Below are positions 48,543 to 56,565 of a stretch of DNA of 64,000 bases, in pieces. Origin of the DNA: an uncultured Acidobacteriaceae bacterium (lineage in GTDB: Bacteria; Acidobacteriota; Terriglobia; Terriglobales; Acidobacteriaceae); contig CAVRHZ010000001.1 in the NCBI GenBank assembly GCA_963721125.1, positions 803,422-867,421 on the forward strand, written 5' to 3'. The notes below the pieces were generated by a model. It searched no databases and was not told the DNA's origin. It saw only the letters and a list, made by a program, of their open reading frames with translations. Each line of letters opens with the position of its first letter. The stretch's first letter is position 1. Position numbers and translations under genes: made by a program.

Positions 48543-49504
48543 TGAATCTCTTGCTCGACCTGACCATTATCATACCCAACTACAACACTAAAGCATTGCT
48601 ACAGCAGTGCTTAGCGTCGATTTACCATTACACCCGGGGAATTCGATTCGAGGTAATCTGCATCGACGACGGTTCGTCGGATGGCAGCCCGGAGATGGTC
48701 GAGTCGGCTTTTCCAGAGGTCATTCTGGTGCGCAACAAAGTTGCGCTGCTTTACTCCAAAAACAACAATCTGGGCATGAAGATGTCGCGCGCCCGCTACG
48801 CCTGCTTGTTGAATAGCGACACCAAGCTGTTGGGCAACGCCTTCAAGGTGCTGGTGGACTTTATGGATGACCATCCGGAGGCAGCTGCTTGCGGTCCGCG
48901 GTTGCTCAATCCTGATGGCACCACGCAATCCTGTGTTCGCAGTTTTGCCGGCCTCGGGACCATGATTCTCCAGGGACTCAATTGGCACAAGCTGTTTCCC
49001 CGCGGCCAAGTCTCCCGGGAATACTATGCCTGCGCCTTCGATTATTCGCGGCAACAGCAAGTGGAAAGTTTGGGAACGACAGCCTACGTGTTGCGTCGGG
49101 AAACCTGGGAGACCTTCGGCATGCTCGATGAGCGCCTGCCCCATTTTCAGGTCGATTTAGCCTACAACCTGATGCTGAAGCGTAACGGCTGCAAGATCTA
49201 CTACACCCCGACCGCCGAGGTCATTCATTACGGGAGCCAAAGCATCAACCAGATGCCCAGAAAAAAGATCATTGAGCAGCATCGGGCGATGGTTGATTTC
49301 AACGAGCATTACGATTACTTTGGCAAGAGTCGGCTACTCAAACTGATGGTTCGTGCGGCGGTGGCTGCACGTTGTCTGTTAAAAATCGCAGAGTTTTATC
49401 TGAGTAGCGATAAGCGCGTGATCAAGGGACCGGGAGCGCCCAGGCTGAATGCGATCGACAGAACGGTCATGCAACGGGAGGATCTGCGGACCGGCGCCGA
49501 TTAG
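48542..49504 (+). CDS. Glycosyltransferase family 2
   Basis: LTIIIPNYN, CIDDGSSDGS, LNSDT. TGATG overlap with the acetyltransferase stop. Confidence 0.85.
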   Translation: MNLLLDLTIIIPNYNTKALLQQCLASIYHYTRGIRFEVICIDDGSSDGSPEMVESAFPEVILVRNKVALLYSKNNNLGMKMSRARYACLLNSDTKLLGNAFKVLVDFMDDHPEAAACGPRLLNPDGTTQSCVRSFAGLGTMILQGLNWHKLFPRGQVSREYYACAFDYSRQQQVESLGTTAYVLRRETWETFGMLDERLPHFQVDLAYNLMLKRNGCKIYYTPTAEVIHYGSQSINQMPRKKIIEQHRAMVDFNEHYDYFGKSRLLKLMVRAAVAARCLLKIAEFYLSSDKRVIKGPGAPRLNAIDRTVMQREDLRTGAD

Positions 49505-49967
49505 CGGGAGGCAGAGCTGGAACCTGTCCCATTTTCGGCAAATGGCTGACTCAATATCCCCCATTGTAAACCTTTTGAACCAATTGTGCGTCAGTCGGCC
49601 GTAGTGCCGCGCCAGGAATCTTGACTGTAATTAGCCCTGGGATACCCTAAGAATCGAAATACTGTTATTTTGGTTAAAAGGTTGAATCGGGAAAAGTTCT
49701 GCCCCGGCGCAACATCCTTTTTGGGCACGGGTTCATCCGTGTAGATAGCGGGAATCGGAAGCTTCGGCTCCGGCCGCGAAGATGCCGACAACGCGGTGGT
49801 TCGGTAGTAGGCTAAGGTTACCGGCACCTCAGCCGATCAAGCGAGTGTCTAGCAAAAAATAAGAATTTGCATCAGGACCTTCGACTCAGCAAAAGAATTA
49901 ATTGACAAGACCCTGAACGAGAATTCAGCAAGCGCTCCAAAATTTTAGGACAGGTCTTTAAAAACGC

Positions 49968-50749
49968 ATGGACACAAGCTTTGCTCCTCCGCAGCCCAGT
50001 GCGGCCCTGCTTTGGAATGATGTCGTCTCTGAGGTTAGCAATCATTCGACGACGACTTTGTTTCCTCCATTTTGCGCCATACCGCAGGATCCCGCTGCGT
50101 ACTACGCCGAACCGAGCGCATGGAGCGTTTCGGGCTTCAAGCGCTGCATCGACTTCGTCTTTGCTTCGGTAGCCTACTGCTTTTCTGGCCTTTGCTGCTG
50201 CTGGCTGCGGTCTTGGTCCGCTACAAGTCGCCCGGTCCGGTGATCTTCCGCCAGAAGCGCGTGGGTCGAAATGGGGTTTTGTTCACCGTGTTCAAGTTCA
50301 GGACCATGGCAATCGACGCCCAGGCTGACGGGCCCTCACTGACCAAGCGGGGCGACCCACGGGTGACCAGGTTTGGCGGTTTCCTGCGCAAGTACAAGCT
50401 GGATGAGCTGCCCCAACTTGTCAACGTGCTGCGTGGCGACATGAGCCTGGTCGGGCCTCGGCCCAAGCTGCCTCATTTGGAAGTGATGCATATGCCCTTT
50501 CGGCCGGGCCTGACTGGAGCGGCCACCCTCGCTTTCCGCTGCGAAGAGGAGATGCTGCAAGATATTCCCGATGAAGAACTTGAGGCCTACTACTGCCGCA
50601 TGATCAAGCCTTTGAAGGCGAAAATCGATTGGGATTACATGCGCGAGGCGACCCTGGCGACCGATTTCTCGCTGCTCTATGAGACGGCCTTCTGCTGTGT
50701 CTCCAGTCGCGCCAACTCCTGGGCAGTTGATTTTTCCAAGTCTGCCTAG
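49968..50749 (+). pseudogene. Initiating polyprenyl-phosphate sugar-phosphotransferase (small monotopic PGT, WbaP/PglC-type), 1-nt frameshift (or sequencing error)
   Basis: ORF 49968.. reads ...GFKRCIDFVFASVA, then goes off. The -1 frame continues LLLFWPLLLLAAVLVRYKSPGPVIFRQKRVGRNG..FKFRTM...DELPQLVNVLRGDMSLVGPRP. The junction is at 50172-50176. Confidence 0.85.
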
Positions 50750-50784
50750 ACCAGCCGCCAAACAGCTCTGAGGAAAACTCTGGG

Positions 50785-50990
50785 CTTCACAGGTTGCGGA
50801 AAAGTCGACATTGGGAGCGGAAGGTATCCCTCAGCGGCTAAAGCCGAATTCATTTGCATTTACCTACGGACTGAAGGCCGTACCCTTCAGGAAGAGAAGT
50901 TTTCCGCATCCTGTTTAGCCCCGGAAGGGTACGGGCTTTAGCCCTTACGTAGATTGGAAAGAGGTCCGGCTTTAGCCGCTGAGGGACACA
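50785..50990. repeat. Two head-to-head copies of the element seen at 1239-1340
   Basis: TCCCTCAGCGGCTAAAGCCG... (50828 onward) and ...CCGGCTTTAGCCGCTGAGGGA (to 50986) form long inverted arms. GGTTGCGGAAAA at 50792. Confidence 0.75.
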
Positions 50991-51032
50991 TCGCGATTCC
51001 TCTTTCTATTTTTTGCGGAGTTTGTAAAGTCT

Positions 51033-51353
51033 ATGAGCGTTTCCGAACAGGACGTCGAGCGTGTCGCCGAACTGGCCAACCTCGAACTGAGGGGTGGCGA
51101 AAAGGCGGCTATGCTGCGCGATCTGAATTCCGTCCTCGATTACTTTGCCCAGCTCAATGAGTTGGACACAACCGCGGTGCCGCCTATGACCCAGGTAGCC
51201 AACCAGTTGACCGAGGCCGAAGGAGCCAAAGCAGCGGCTCAACATCTCCGCGCCGATGAGATTGCTCCCTCGTTGAACCGGGACCAGGTTCTCGACTGTG
51301 CTCCCGACACGGACGGTATCTTCTTCAAAGTGCCTAAGGTGATCGAGCGCTAG
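51033..51353 (+). CDS. gatC: Asp/Glu-tRNA amidotransferase subunit C
   Basis: 106 aa. MSVSEQDVERVAELANLELRGGEKAAMLRDLNSVLDYFAQLNELDT. Confidence 0.9.
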   Translation: MSVSEQDVERVAELANLELRGGEKAAMLRDLNSVLDYFAQLNELDTTAVPPMTQVANQLTEAEGAKAAAQHLRADEIAPSLNRDQVLDCAPDTDGIFFKVPKVIER

Positions 51354-51438
51354 GCAGTTTTGCCGCCATTTCCCGCTTCCACAGCAATGACAACGGGCCG
51401 GCTGAACCTGCGGAACAGCGCGTAGCGCATGGGCCCTA

Positions 51439-51460
51439 CTGGATATAATCAGCCATGCCA
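51439..51460 (+). promoter_or_regulatory. Conserved TATAAT-N5-ATG start region (putative leaderless promoter)
   Basis: CTGGATATAATCAGCCATGCCA is identical to the reverse complement of 56509-56530, upstream of the paralogue. TATAAT is at 51444-51449 and the A of ATG at 51455. Confidence 0.4.
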
Positions 51461-52816
51461 CTTGAAGCTGTCGGTCGAGGCAGCGAAGACCGACGCGTCT
51501 TTGAAAATACAACCGTCCGGCCGATTACCTTCCTGCTCATTTTTGCCGTGCTGCTCCCGGTCATCGCCGCCTTCGGAATTCTGTACCGGCGTTCCCTCTC
51601 TGTTCCTTACCAGGATGATTACGACACGATCCTGGCTTTCGCCGTCCACTACGCCCAATCGCCCACCGTAAAGGCTAAGCTGTTGGAGATCGCAGCCGAA
51701 CAGCACAACGAATACAAACTCGGTTTTGAACATTCCATCGTGGCCGCCGAGTTGGAACTCACCCATCATTTGAACTTCACGTTCTTGACTGTTTTAGGTG
51801 ATCTCTTCTTGTTGCCCTTGGGTTACCTTCTCTGGCGAACATTTCCTCCAGATGAGAGCGGGCTTGATCGCCGTTTGCTCGCGTTTTTGCCCATCAGCCT
51901 TTTGTTCTTCTCGCTCACCTATTGGGAAAATCTCAACTGGGCGACTACCGGGCTGCAAAATACCCCGGTCATTCTCTTCGGTCTTCTTGCTATTTCTCTT
52001 ATCGCTCCCGGGAAGATGCCCTCTACTGCTCATCTGCTGCTAGGCTGCCTGGCGGCTGCGCTGGCGGCGTTTACTTCGGCGAATGGTTTTCTGTTAGGGC
52101 CCGTGGGCCTATGGATTCTACTGGCACGCCGCGCCTATGGAGGATCTGTGGCATGGTGCGCCAGCTTCATCCTGCCCCTCGCCGCCTACCTCTACCACTT
52201 CACACCTTCGGTTTACGTGGTGCAGAGATTCTTCTACCTCACCAGGCCGCTCTTTTTTCTGGGCTTTATCGGTTGTGCGGTGCCGTTCCGCTGGGTTGCA
52301 GCCCCATTGGGCCTGCTGCTGATGAGCATTTTTGTGCTGGCTGTTCGCGCCCGCTTCGACCGAACCAATCCCGTTGCCTTTTACTTCGCCGTCTGGATCG
52401 TGGCCACGGGATGCCTGGTCGCATGGGTGCGGGGTGGGGAAACGTTCGTAATCGCATCGCGATACAGCATGTACTCCATTTTGATGCTGATCTTCTGTTA
52501 TTCCTTCCTGGCACGGTATCTACCCGGCCGCTGGGCCATTTTCAACCGGACGCGCTTTTACGTAACTTCCATAGTGCTGGCGGTGGCTTTCTGTGGTTTG
52601 GCCGACGTATATGCCTACAAAATTCTCCAGACCCGGCGCCTGTCGATTCTCGCAGGCATCGAGTCTTACCGCGCCAATCCTCAAGTCAATTCGCCCCTCA
52701 ACAATCCGGAGGTGGAGCAAGGTGTCCCCAAAGAAAAGGCCTTCGAACAGGGTATGTTGACCGAAGCCATTCAGAAAGGCGTTTACACTCTCCCTCCGAA
52801 GCAGGAAATTCGCTAG
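51455..52816 (+). CDS. Polytopic membrane protein, GT-C-like (function unknown), paralogue A
   Basis: 453 aa, about 12 TM. Acidic first loop VPYQDDYD, conserved [14 protein letters not shown]. 68 of 98 N-terminal residues are identical to 55147..56514 by hand alignment. Confidence 0.7.
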   Translation: MPLEAVGRGSEDRRVFENTTVRPITFLLIFAVLLPVIAAFGILYRRSLSVPYQDDYDTILAFAVHYAQSPTVKAKLLEIAAEQHNEYKLGFEHSIVAAELELTHHLNFTFLTVLGDLFLLPLGYLLWRTFPPDESGLDRRLLAFLPISLLFFSLTYWENLNWATTGLQNTPVILFGLLAISLIAPGKMPSTAHLLLGCLAAALAAFTSANGFLLGPVGLWILLARRAYGGSVAWCASFILPLAAYLYHFTPSVYVVQRFFYLTRPLFFLGFIGCAVPFRWVAAPLGLLLMSIFVLAVRARFDRTNPVAFYFAVWIVATGCLVAWVRGGETFVIASRYSMYSILMLIFCYSFLARYLPGRWAIFNRTRFYVTSIVLAVAFCGLADVYAYKILQTRRLSILAGIESYRANPQVNSPLNNPEVEQGVPKEKAFEQGMLTEAIQKGVYTLPPKQEIR

Positions 52817-52905
52817 ACCGTCGGAGTGCCGACTGGCTCCTGCCTTATCGCAGGACAAAACGGATGCCACCGATGGTGCTATCAGGAACGATAGATAATA
52901 GAAGC

Positions 52906-54348
52906 ATGAATTTTAAGCAGACTTGTATCTCCGAGGTTCGATCGGCAGTGAGCCATGCCAAGCCCAGCGCCACCCAGTTGGCGGAGCTTTGCCTGGAGGA
53001 GATTGAAGCACAAAATCCGGCCATCAATGCATATCTGGCAGTCAGCCGCGAGCGCGCCCTAAGCGCCGCCGCCGCCGTCGATCAACTCGCGGCCCAGGGC
53101 GGCCCGCTGCCTCCTCTGGCGGGGGTTCCCATAGGCGTCAAAGACGTCCTGGTGATGAAGGGTTCTCCGGCGACGGCCGGCTCACGAATCCTTGAGGGGT
53201 ATCGGCCGCCGTATGACGCGACCGTCGTCAAGCGTTTGCAAGCTGCGGGCGCGGTTCTGGTAGGAAAGTTGAACTGCGACGAGTTTGCCATGGGTTCATC
53301 GAATGAGAACTCCGGTTATGGCCCGGTGCGGAACCCTGTAGCGCTTGATCGCGTGCCCGGTGGCTCCAGCGGAGGGTCGGCCGCGGCGGTTGCTGCGGGC
53401 ATGGCGGTCGCCACCCTGGGCACCGATACCGGAGGATCCATTCGTCAGCCGGCATCTTTCTGCGGAGTCGTTGGCCTGCTCCCAACCTATGGGCGTGTAT
53501 CCCGTTATGGCCTGATCGCATTTGCTTCTTCCCTGGACCGCGTCGGTCCTCTCACCCGCACCGTGCAGGACGCGGCTATTCTGCTCGGGGTCATCGCGGG
53601 TCATGATCCGCTGGACGCCACCTCTGCGAGGGTGCCTGTGCCGGACTACGTTCAGGCTCTCGAGCAGCCGGTGAAGGGCTTGCGCGTCGGTGTTCCGGCT
53701 GAGTACTTTGGCGATGGCCTCGATGCCGAGGTGCGCACCGCAGTGGAGTCCGCGATTGAGCGCCTGCGCGAGGCGGGATGCACCATCCACCCCGTTTCCC
53801 TGCCGCATACCAGGTATGCGATTCCAACCTATTACCTGGTGGCTACTGCCGAGGCCAGTGCCAACCTGGCCAGGTTTGACGGAGTACGCTACGGCTTTCG
53901 CGCCAAAGATGCGAATACCTTGGGGGCGATGTATCGCGAGTCGCGGGACATCGGCTTTGGCGCTGAAGTGAAGCGGCGCATTCTGCTCGGCACCTATGCC
54001 CTCAGCGCTGGTTATTATGACGCTTACTACAAAAAGGCGCAGCAGGTGCGCACTCTGCTCACCCGCGACTTTCTGGCTGCTTTTGAGCAGGTCGATGTGT
54101 TGGTGACGCCGACCGCCCCAACTCCCGCGTTCAAGCTGGGCGAGAAGACGGATGATCCACTGTCCATGTACCTGGCAGACATCTACACCGTGACCGCAAG
54201 CCTCGCGGGAATTTGCGGCATATCTGTGCCCTGCGGGAAATCGTCACAGGGACTGCCCATCGGGGCGCAGATTCTGGGAAAGCACTTCGATGAGGCGTCT
54301 GTTTTGCGCGCCGCCCTCGCGGTGGAGAGTGCCGCAAACCTGGCCTAA
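52906..54348 (+). CDS. gatA: Asp/Glu-tRNA amidotransferase subunit A
   Basis: 480 aa from ATG 52906. GVPIGVKD and the amidase signature [14 protein letters not shown]...[16 protein letters not shown]. The upstream 328 codons of ORF 51922.. are an out-of-frame overlap with paralogue A. Confidence 0.9.
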   Translation: MNFKQTCISEVRSAVSHAKPSATQLAELCLEEIEAQNPAINAYLAVSRERALSAAAAVDQLAAQGGPLPPLAGVPIGVKDVLVMKGSPATAGSRILEGYRPPYDATVVKRLQAAGAVLVGKLNCDEFAMGSSNENSGYGPVRNPVALDRVPGGSSGGSAAAVAAGMAVATLGTDTGGSIRQPASFCGVVGLLPTYGRVSRYGLIAFASSLDRVGPLTRTVQDAAILLGVIAGHDPLDATSARVPVPDYVQALEQPVKGLRVGVPAEYFGDGLDAEVRTAVESAIERLREAGCTIHPVSLPHTRYAIPTYYLVATAEASANLARFDGVRYGFRAKDANTLGAMYRESRDIGFGAEVKRRILLGTYALSAGYYDAYYKKAQQVRTLLTRDFLAAFEQVDVLVTPTAPTPAFKLGEKTDDPLSMYLADIYTVTASLAGICGISVPCGKSSQGLPIGAQILGKHFDEASVLRAALAVESAANLA

Positions 54349-54355
54349 AAAAGGG

Positions 54356-54435
54356 TGAGAACCGGAAGAGAAACAGCAGGTCCCGACCGGAGCGCAGCGG
54401 AGTGGAGGGACCTGCTGTTTCTCTTCCGGTTCTCA
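54356..54435. terminator. Perfect 29-bp inverted repeat between convergent gatA and fmdE-like genes (bidirectional terminator candidate)
   Basis: TGAGAACCGGAAGAGAAACAGCAGGTCCC (54356-54384) pairs with its exact complement at 54407-54435. The 22-nt loop is GACCGGAGCGCAGCGGAGTGGA, derived from the GTCATCCCGACCGGAGCG repeat family. Confidence 0.6.
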
Positions 54436-54476
54436 AACGTCCATTGGTGGGGGAACCAGGGGCACTCCAGCCTCTC

Positions 54477-55091
54477 TTAGCCCGGCTCCCTCTCCAGTGG
54501 CTGATAATACCGCTCCTCCGGAGCGGCACACGATAGGCAGAGAGTGTGCCCATCGCGCACCAGGAACCGGTCGTAGTTGATTCCTTCTCCACATTCCTCG
54601 CAAGCGACGCGTGCGCCTTTATATCCCGGAAATTCCCTGGCGTCGAGTGTTACCTGCACCCATTGCTCGTCGAACAGGTCGTGGTCGCTCATCTCGCGGT
54701 ATGCGGCCATTTGTTGCAGATTCTTGTTTTCTATTTCGGGATGCAACTGGCGAGCCAGGTCTTTGGACGACTCCCGGGCGGCGATGCGGATAGCGCGCCG
54801 GGTTTCGAGGTCGACAAAGGTCGCCGCCATCTTGCCCCAATCGCGGAATTTAAGCGCACGCTTGCCGAGCCGGCAACCGGTGACCACTCCGATGGCATCG
54901 GTGGCGCAGCGGTCGATTTCGACGAAGGTAACCAGGCGTTTGCGATCCTTGCCTCGTGGTTGCTCGATGCCCAGGCGGCTGCATCCAAGCATTGCCAAAC
55001 GGACACCCAGCACCTGCCCTGCGCAAAGATGTCCGTGGGCAATTCTGGCTTCTTCAAGAAGATCATCGAGAGTCGGCGTGGTTTCCAGCAT
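54477..55091 (-). CDS. FmdE-family protein (formylmethanofuran dehydrogenase subunit E-like) with C-terminal zinc ribbon
   Basis: HGHLCAGQVLGVRLA, IDRCATDAIGVVTGCRLGKR, CEECGEGINYDRFLVRDGHTLCLSC. Confidence 0.8.
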   Translation of the reverse strand: MLETTPTLDDLLEEARIAHGHLCAGQVLGVRLAMLGCSRLGIEQPRGKDRKRLVTFVEIDRCATDAIGVVTGCRLGKRALKFRDWGKMAATFVDLETRRAIRIAARESSKDLARQLHPEIENKNLQQMAAYREMSDHDLFDEQWVQVTLDAREFPGYKGARVACEECGEGINYDRFLVRDGHTLCLSCAAPEERYYQPLEREPG

Positions 55092-55146
55092 GCTTTGATG
55101 CTAGAACATTTCCGCTCCTATGGCCTATACAAGGCGGCCTCAGCAG

Positions 55147-56514
55147 CTAGCGGGACTCTGGCGGCAAAGAGTAGAGATGCTGCCGGATGGTCTTGGTCAA
55201 GGTATCCCGTTCGAACACCTGTTCTGTTTCGAAGCCCGTCTCCAGGTTCGGATCATTCATGGGTGAGTTGTTATCAGGGTCGGCACGGTAATGCTCAATG
55301 CCTGCGAGAATCATCTGGCGCCGCGCACCGAGCTTTTTGTAAGCGTGCACGTCGGCTGATAAACAGAGACTGACAGAGAGCACAAGACAAGCTGCGTAAA
55401 ATCGCCTCCTGTCGAAAGCGGCCCAGCGGTTGGGTAGATAGTGGGCAAGAAAGGAATAACAAAAGACCAGCAACAAAATGGAATAGATACTGTAGCGTGA
55501 TCCGATCGCGAAACTGACCGCTCCCCGCACCCAGCCGACCAGGACTGCCGTCGCCAAAATCCACACCGTGAAGTAAAAGGCAACCGGATTGACACCATCG
55601 AAGCGGGAGCGAAGCGCCAGCCAAAGGATGCCCAACATCACCAGGCCCAGCGCAGCGGCCGGCCAACGGAAGGGGACGGCGCCGCAGCCCAGGAAGGCAA
55701 GAAAAAAAAGCGGCCTGGTGATGAAGGAACCGATATTCGCCGGTCGAGGCACGCGACTGTAGCGATAGAGGTAAGCGGCGAGCGGCAAAACGAAGCTGGC
55801 GCACCACGCCAGAGACCTGGCATAGTCGCGGCGAAGCAGCAAAATCAGCAGCCCTACGGGACCCAGCAAAAATCCATTTGCCGACGCAAACGCAGCCATT
55901 GCAGCCGCCAGGCACGCCAGCAGCAGACGTGTTCCAGTCAGTTCCAACATCTTTCCCGGGAACAGAAAATAAATGGCAGCCAGGCTGAAGAAGACGACCG
56001 GAATGTTTTGCAGCGCGGTCGTTGCCCAATTGAGATTCGGCCAATAGGTGAGCGAGAAAAAGAGGAAGCTGATAGGCAGAAACTCAAGCAGACGACGATG
56101 GAGAGCGATTCCATTCTCTTGATAGGTTAGCCAGAGAAAATAACCAATGGGCAACAGGAACAAATTGCCCAGGGTGGTTAAGACCGCGAAGTTCAGGTGA
56201 TGAGCGAGTTCGATCTCGGCGGCCACGATGGAATGGGCAAAGACAAGCTTGTACTCGTTGACCTGCGCGGCTGCGATGTCCAATACTTTCGCCCGCAAAG
56301 TGGGCATTTGATCGTAGTTGTCTGCGAAGGCCAGCACCACAGCATAATCATCTACATATGGAACGAAAAGTGCCTGCCGGTACAAAATCCAGTACGCCGC
56401 GATGGCCGGCAAAAGAACCGCAAACAGGACGAGCAAGGTAATACCCGGCCGCGCTGGTATGTTTTCGAACAGGCGGCGAGTTCCGCTATTCTGCCCGGTT
56501 ACTTCAGATGGCAT
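55147..56514 (-). CDS. Polytopic membrane protein, GT-C-like (function unknown), paralogue B
   Basis: 455 aa, same topology and motifs as 51455..52816 ([22 protein letters not shown]). Last gene of the minus-strand glycan operon. Confidence 0.7.
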   Translation of the reverse strand: MPSEVTGQNSGTRRLFENIPARPGITLLVLFAVLLPAIAAYWILYRQALFVPYVDDYAVVLAFADNYDQMPTLRAKVLDIAAAQVNEYKLVFAHSIVAAEIELAHHLNFAVLTTLGNLFLLPIGYFLWLTYQENGIALHRRLLEFLPISFLFFSLTYWPNLNWATTALQNIPVVFFSLAAIYFLFPGKMLELTGTRLLLACLAAAMAAFASANGFLLGPVGLLILLLRRDYARSLAWCASFVLPLAAYLYRYSRVPRPANIGSFITRPLFFLAFLGCGAVPFRWPAAALGLVMLGILWLALRSRFDGVNPVAFYFTVWILATAVLVGWVRGAVSFAIGSRYSIYSILLLVFCYSFLAHYLPNRWAAFDRRRFYAACLVLSVSLCLSADVHAYKKLGARRQMILAGIEHYRADPDNNSPMNDPNLETGFETEQVFERDTLTKTIRQHLYSLPPESR

Positions 56515-56530
56515 GGCTGATTATATCCAG
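56509..56530 (-). promoter_or_regulatory. Conserved TATAAT-N5-ATG start region (putative leaderless promoter) of paralogue B
   Basis: The reverse complement reads CTGGATATAATCAGCCATGCCA. The TATAAT complement is at 56520-56525, and ATG is the complement of 56512-56514. Confidence 0.4.
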
Positions 56531-56565
56531 CCGGGTTTAAGCCGAGGGAACTCGGCCGAGCTGCC

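Noticed and set aside
49795-49812. An ops/JUMPstart-like sequence (GGTTCGGTAGTAGG) upstream of the glycan genes.
   Set aside because: It matches only 6 of 8 positions of the GGCGGTAG core, and RfaH-ops control is not established for this phylum. No further JUMPstart features were seen.
51922-52905. The N-terminal 328 codons of the 808-aa ORF that would fuse a new domain onto GatA.
   Set aside because: This part is an out-of-frame overlap with the well-supported membrane-protein gene 51455..52816 and translates to low-complexity R/S/G/C-rich sequence. GatA homology begins at ATG 52906.
55295-56044. A 249-aa +2-frame ORF inside paralogue B, with a homologous open +2 frame in paralogue A: a possible conserved overlapping gene.
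   Set aside because: Homology of the alternate-frame peptides follows automatically from nucleotide homology. The +2 frame of GC3-rich membrane-protein genes rarely contains stops. The peptides look non-protein-like. Testing would need dN/dS analysis of overlapping frames.
51439-56530. The 22-nt inverted repeats as ends of an invertible DNA segment (a phase-variation switch).
   Set aside because: No recombinase gene is nearby. Inversion would exchange two identical promoter-start segments with no regulatory consequence. The identity is better explained by selection on the start region.
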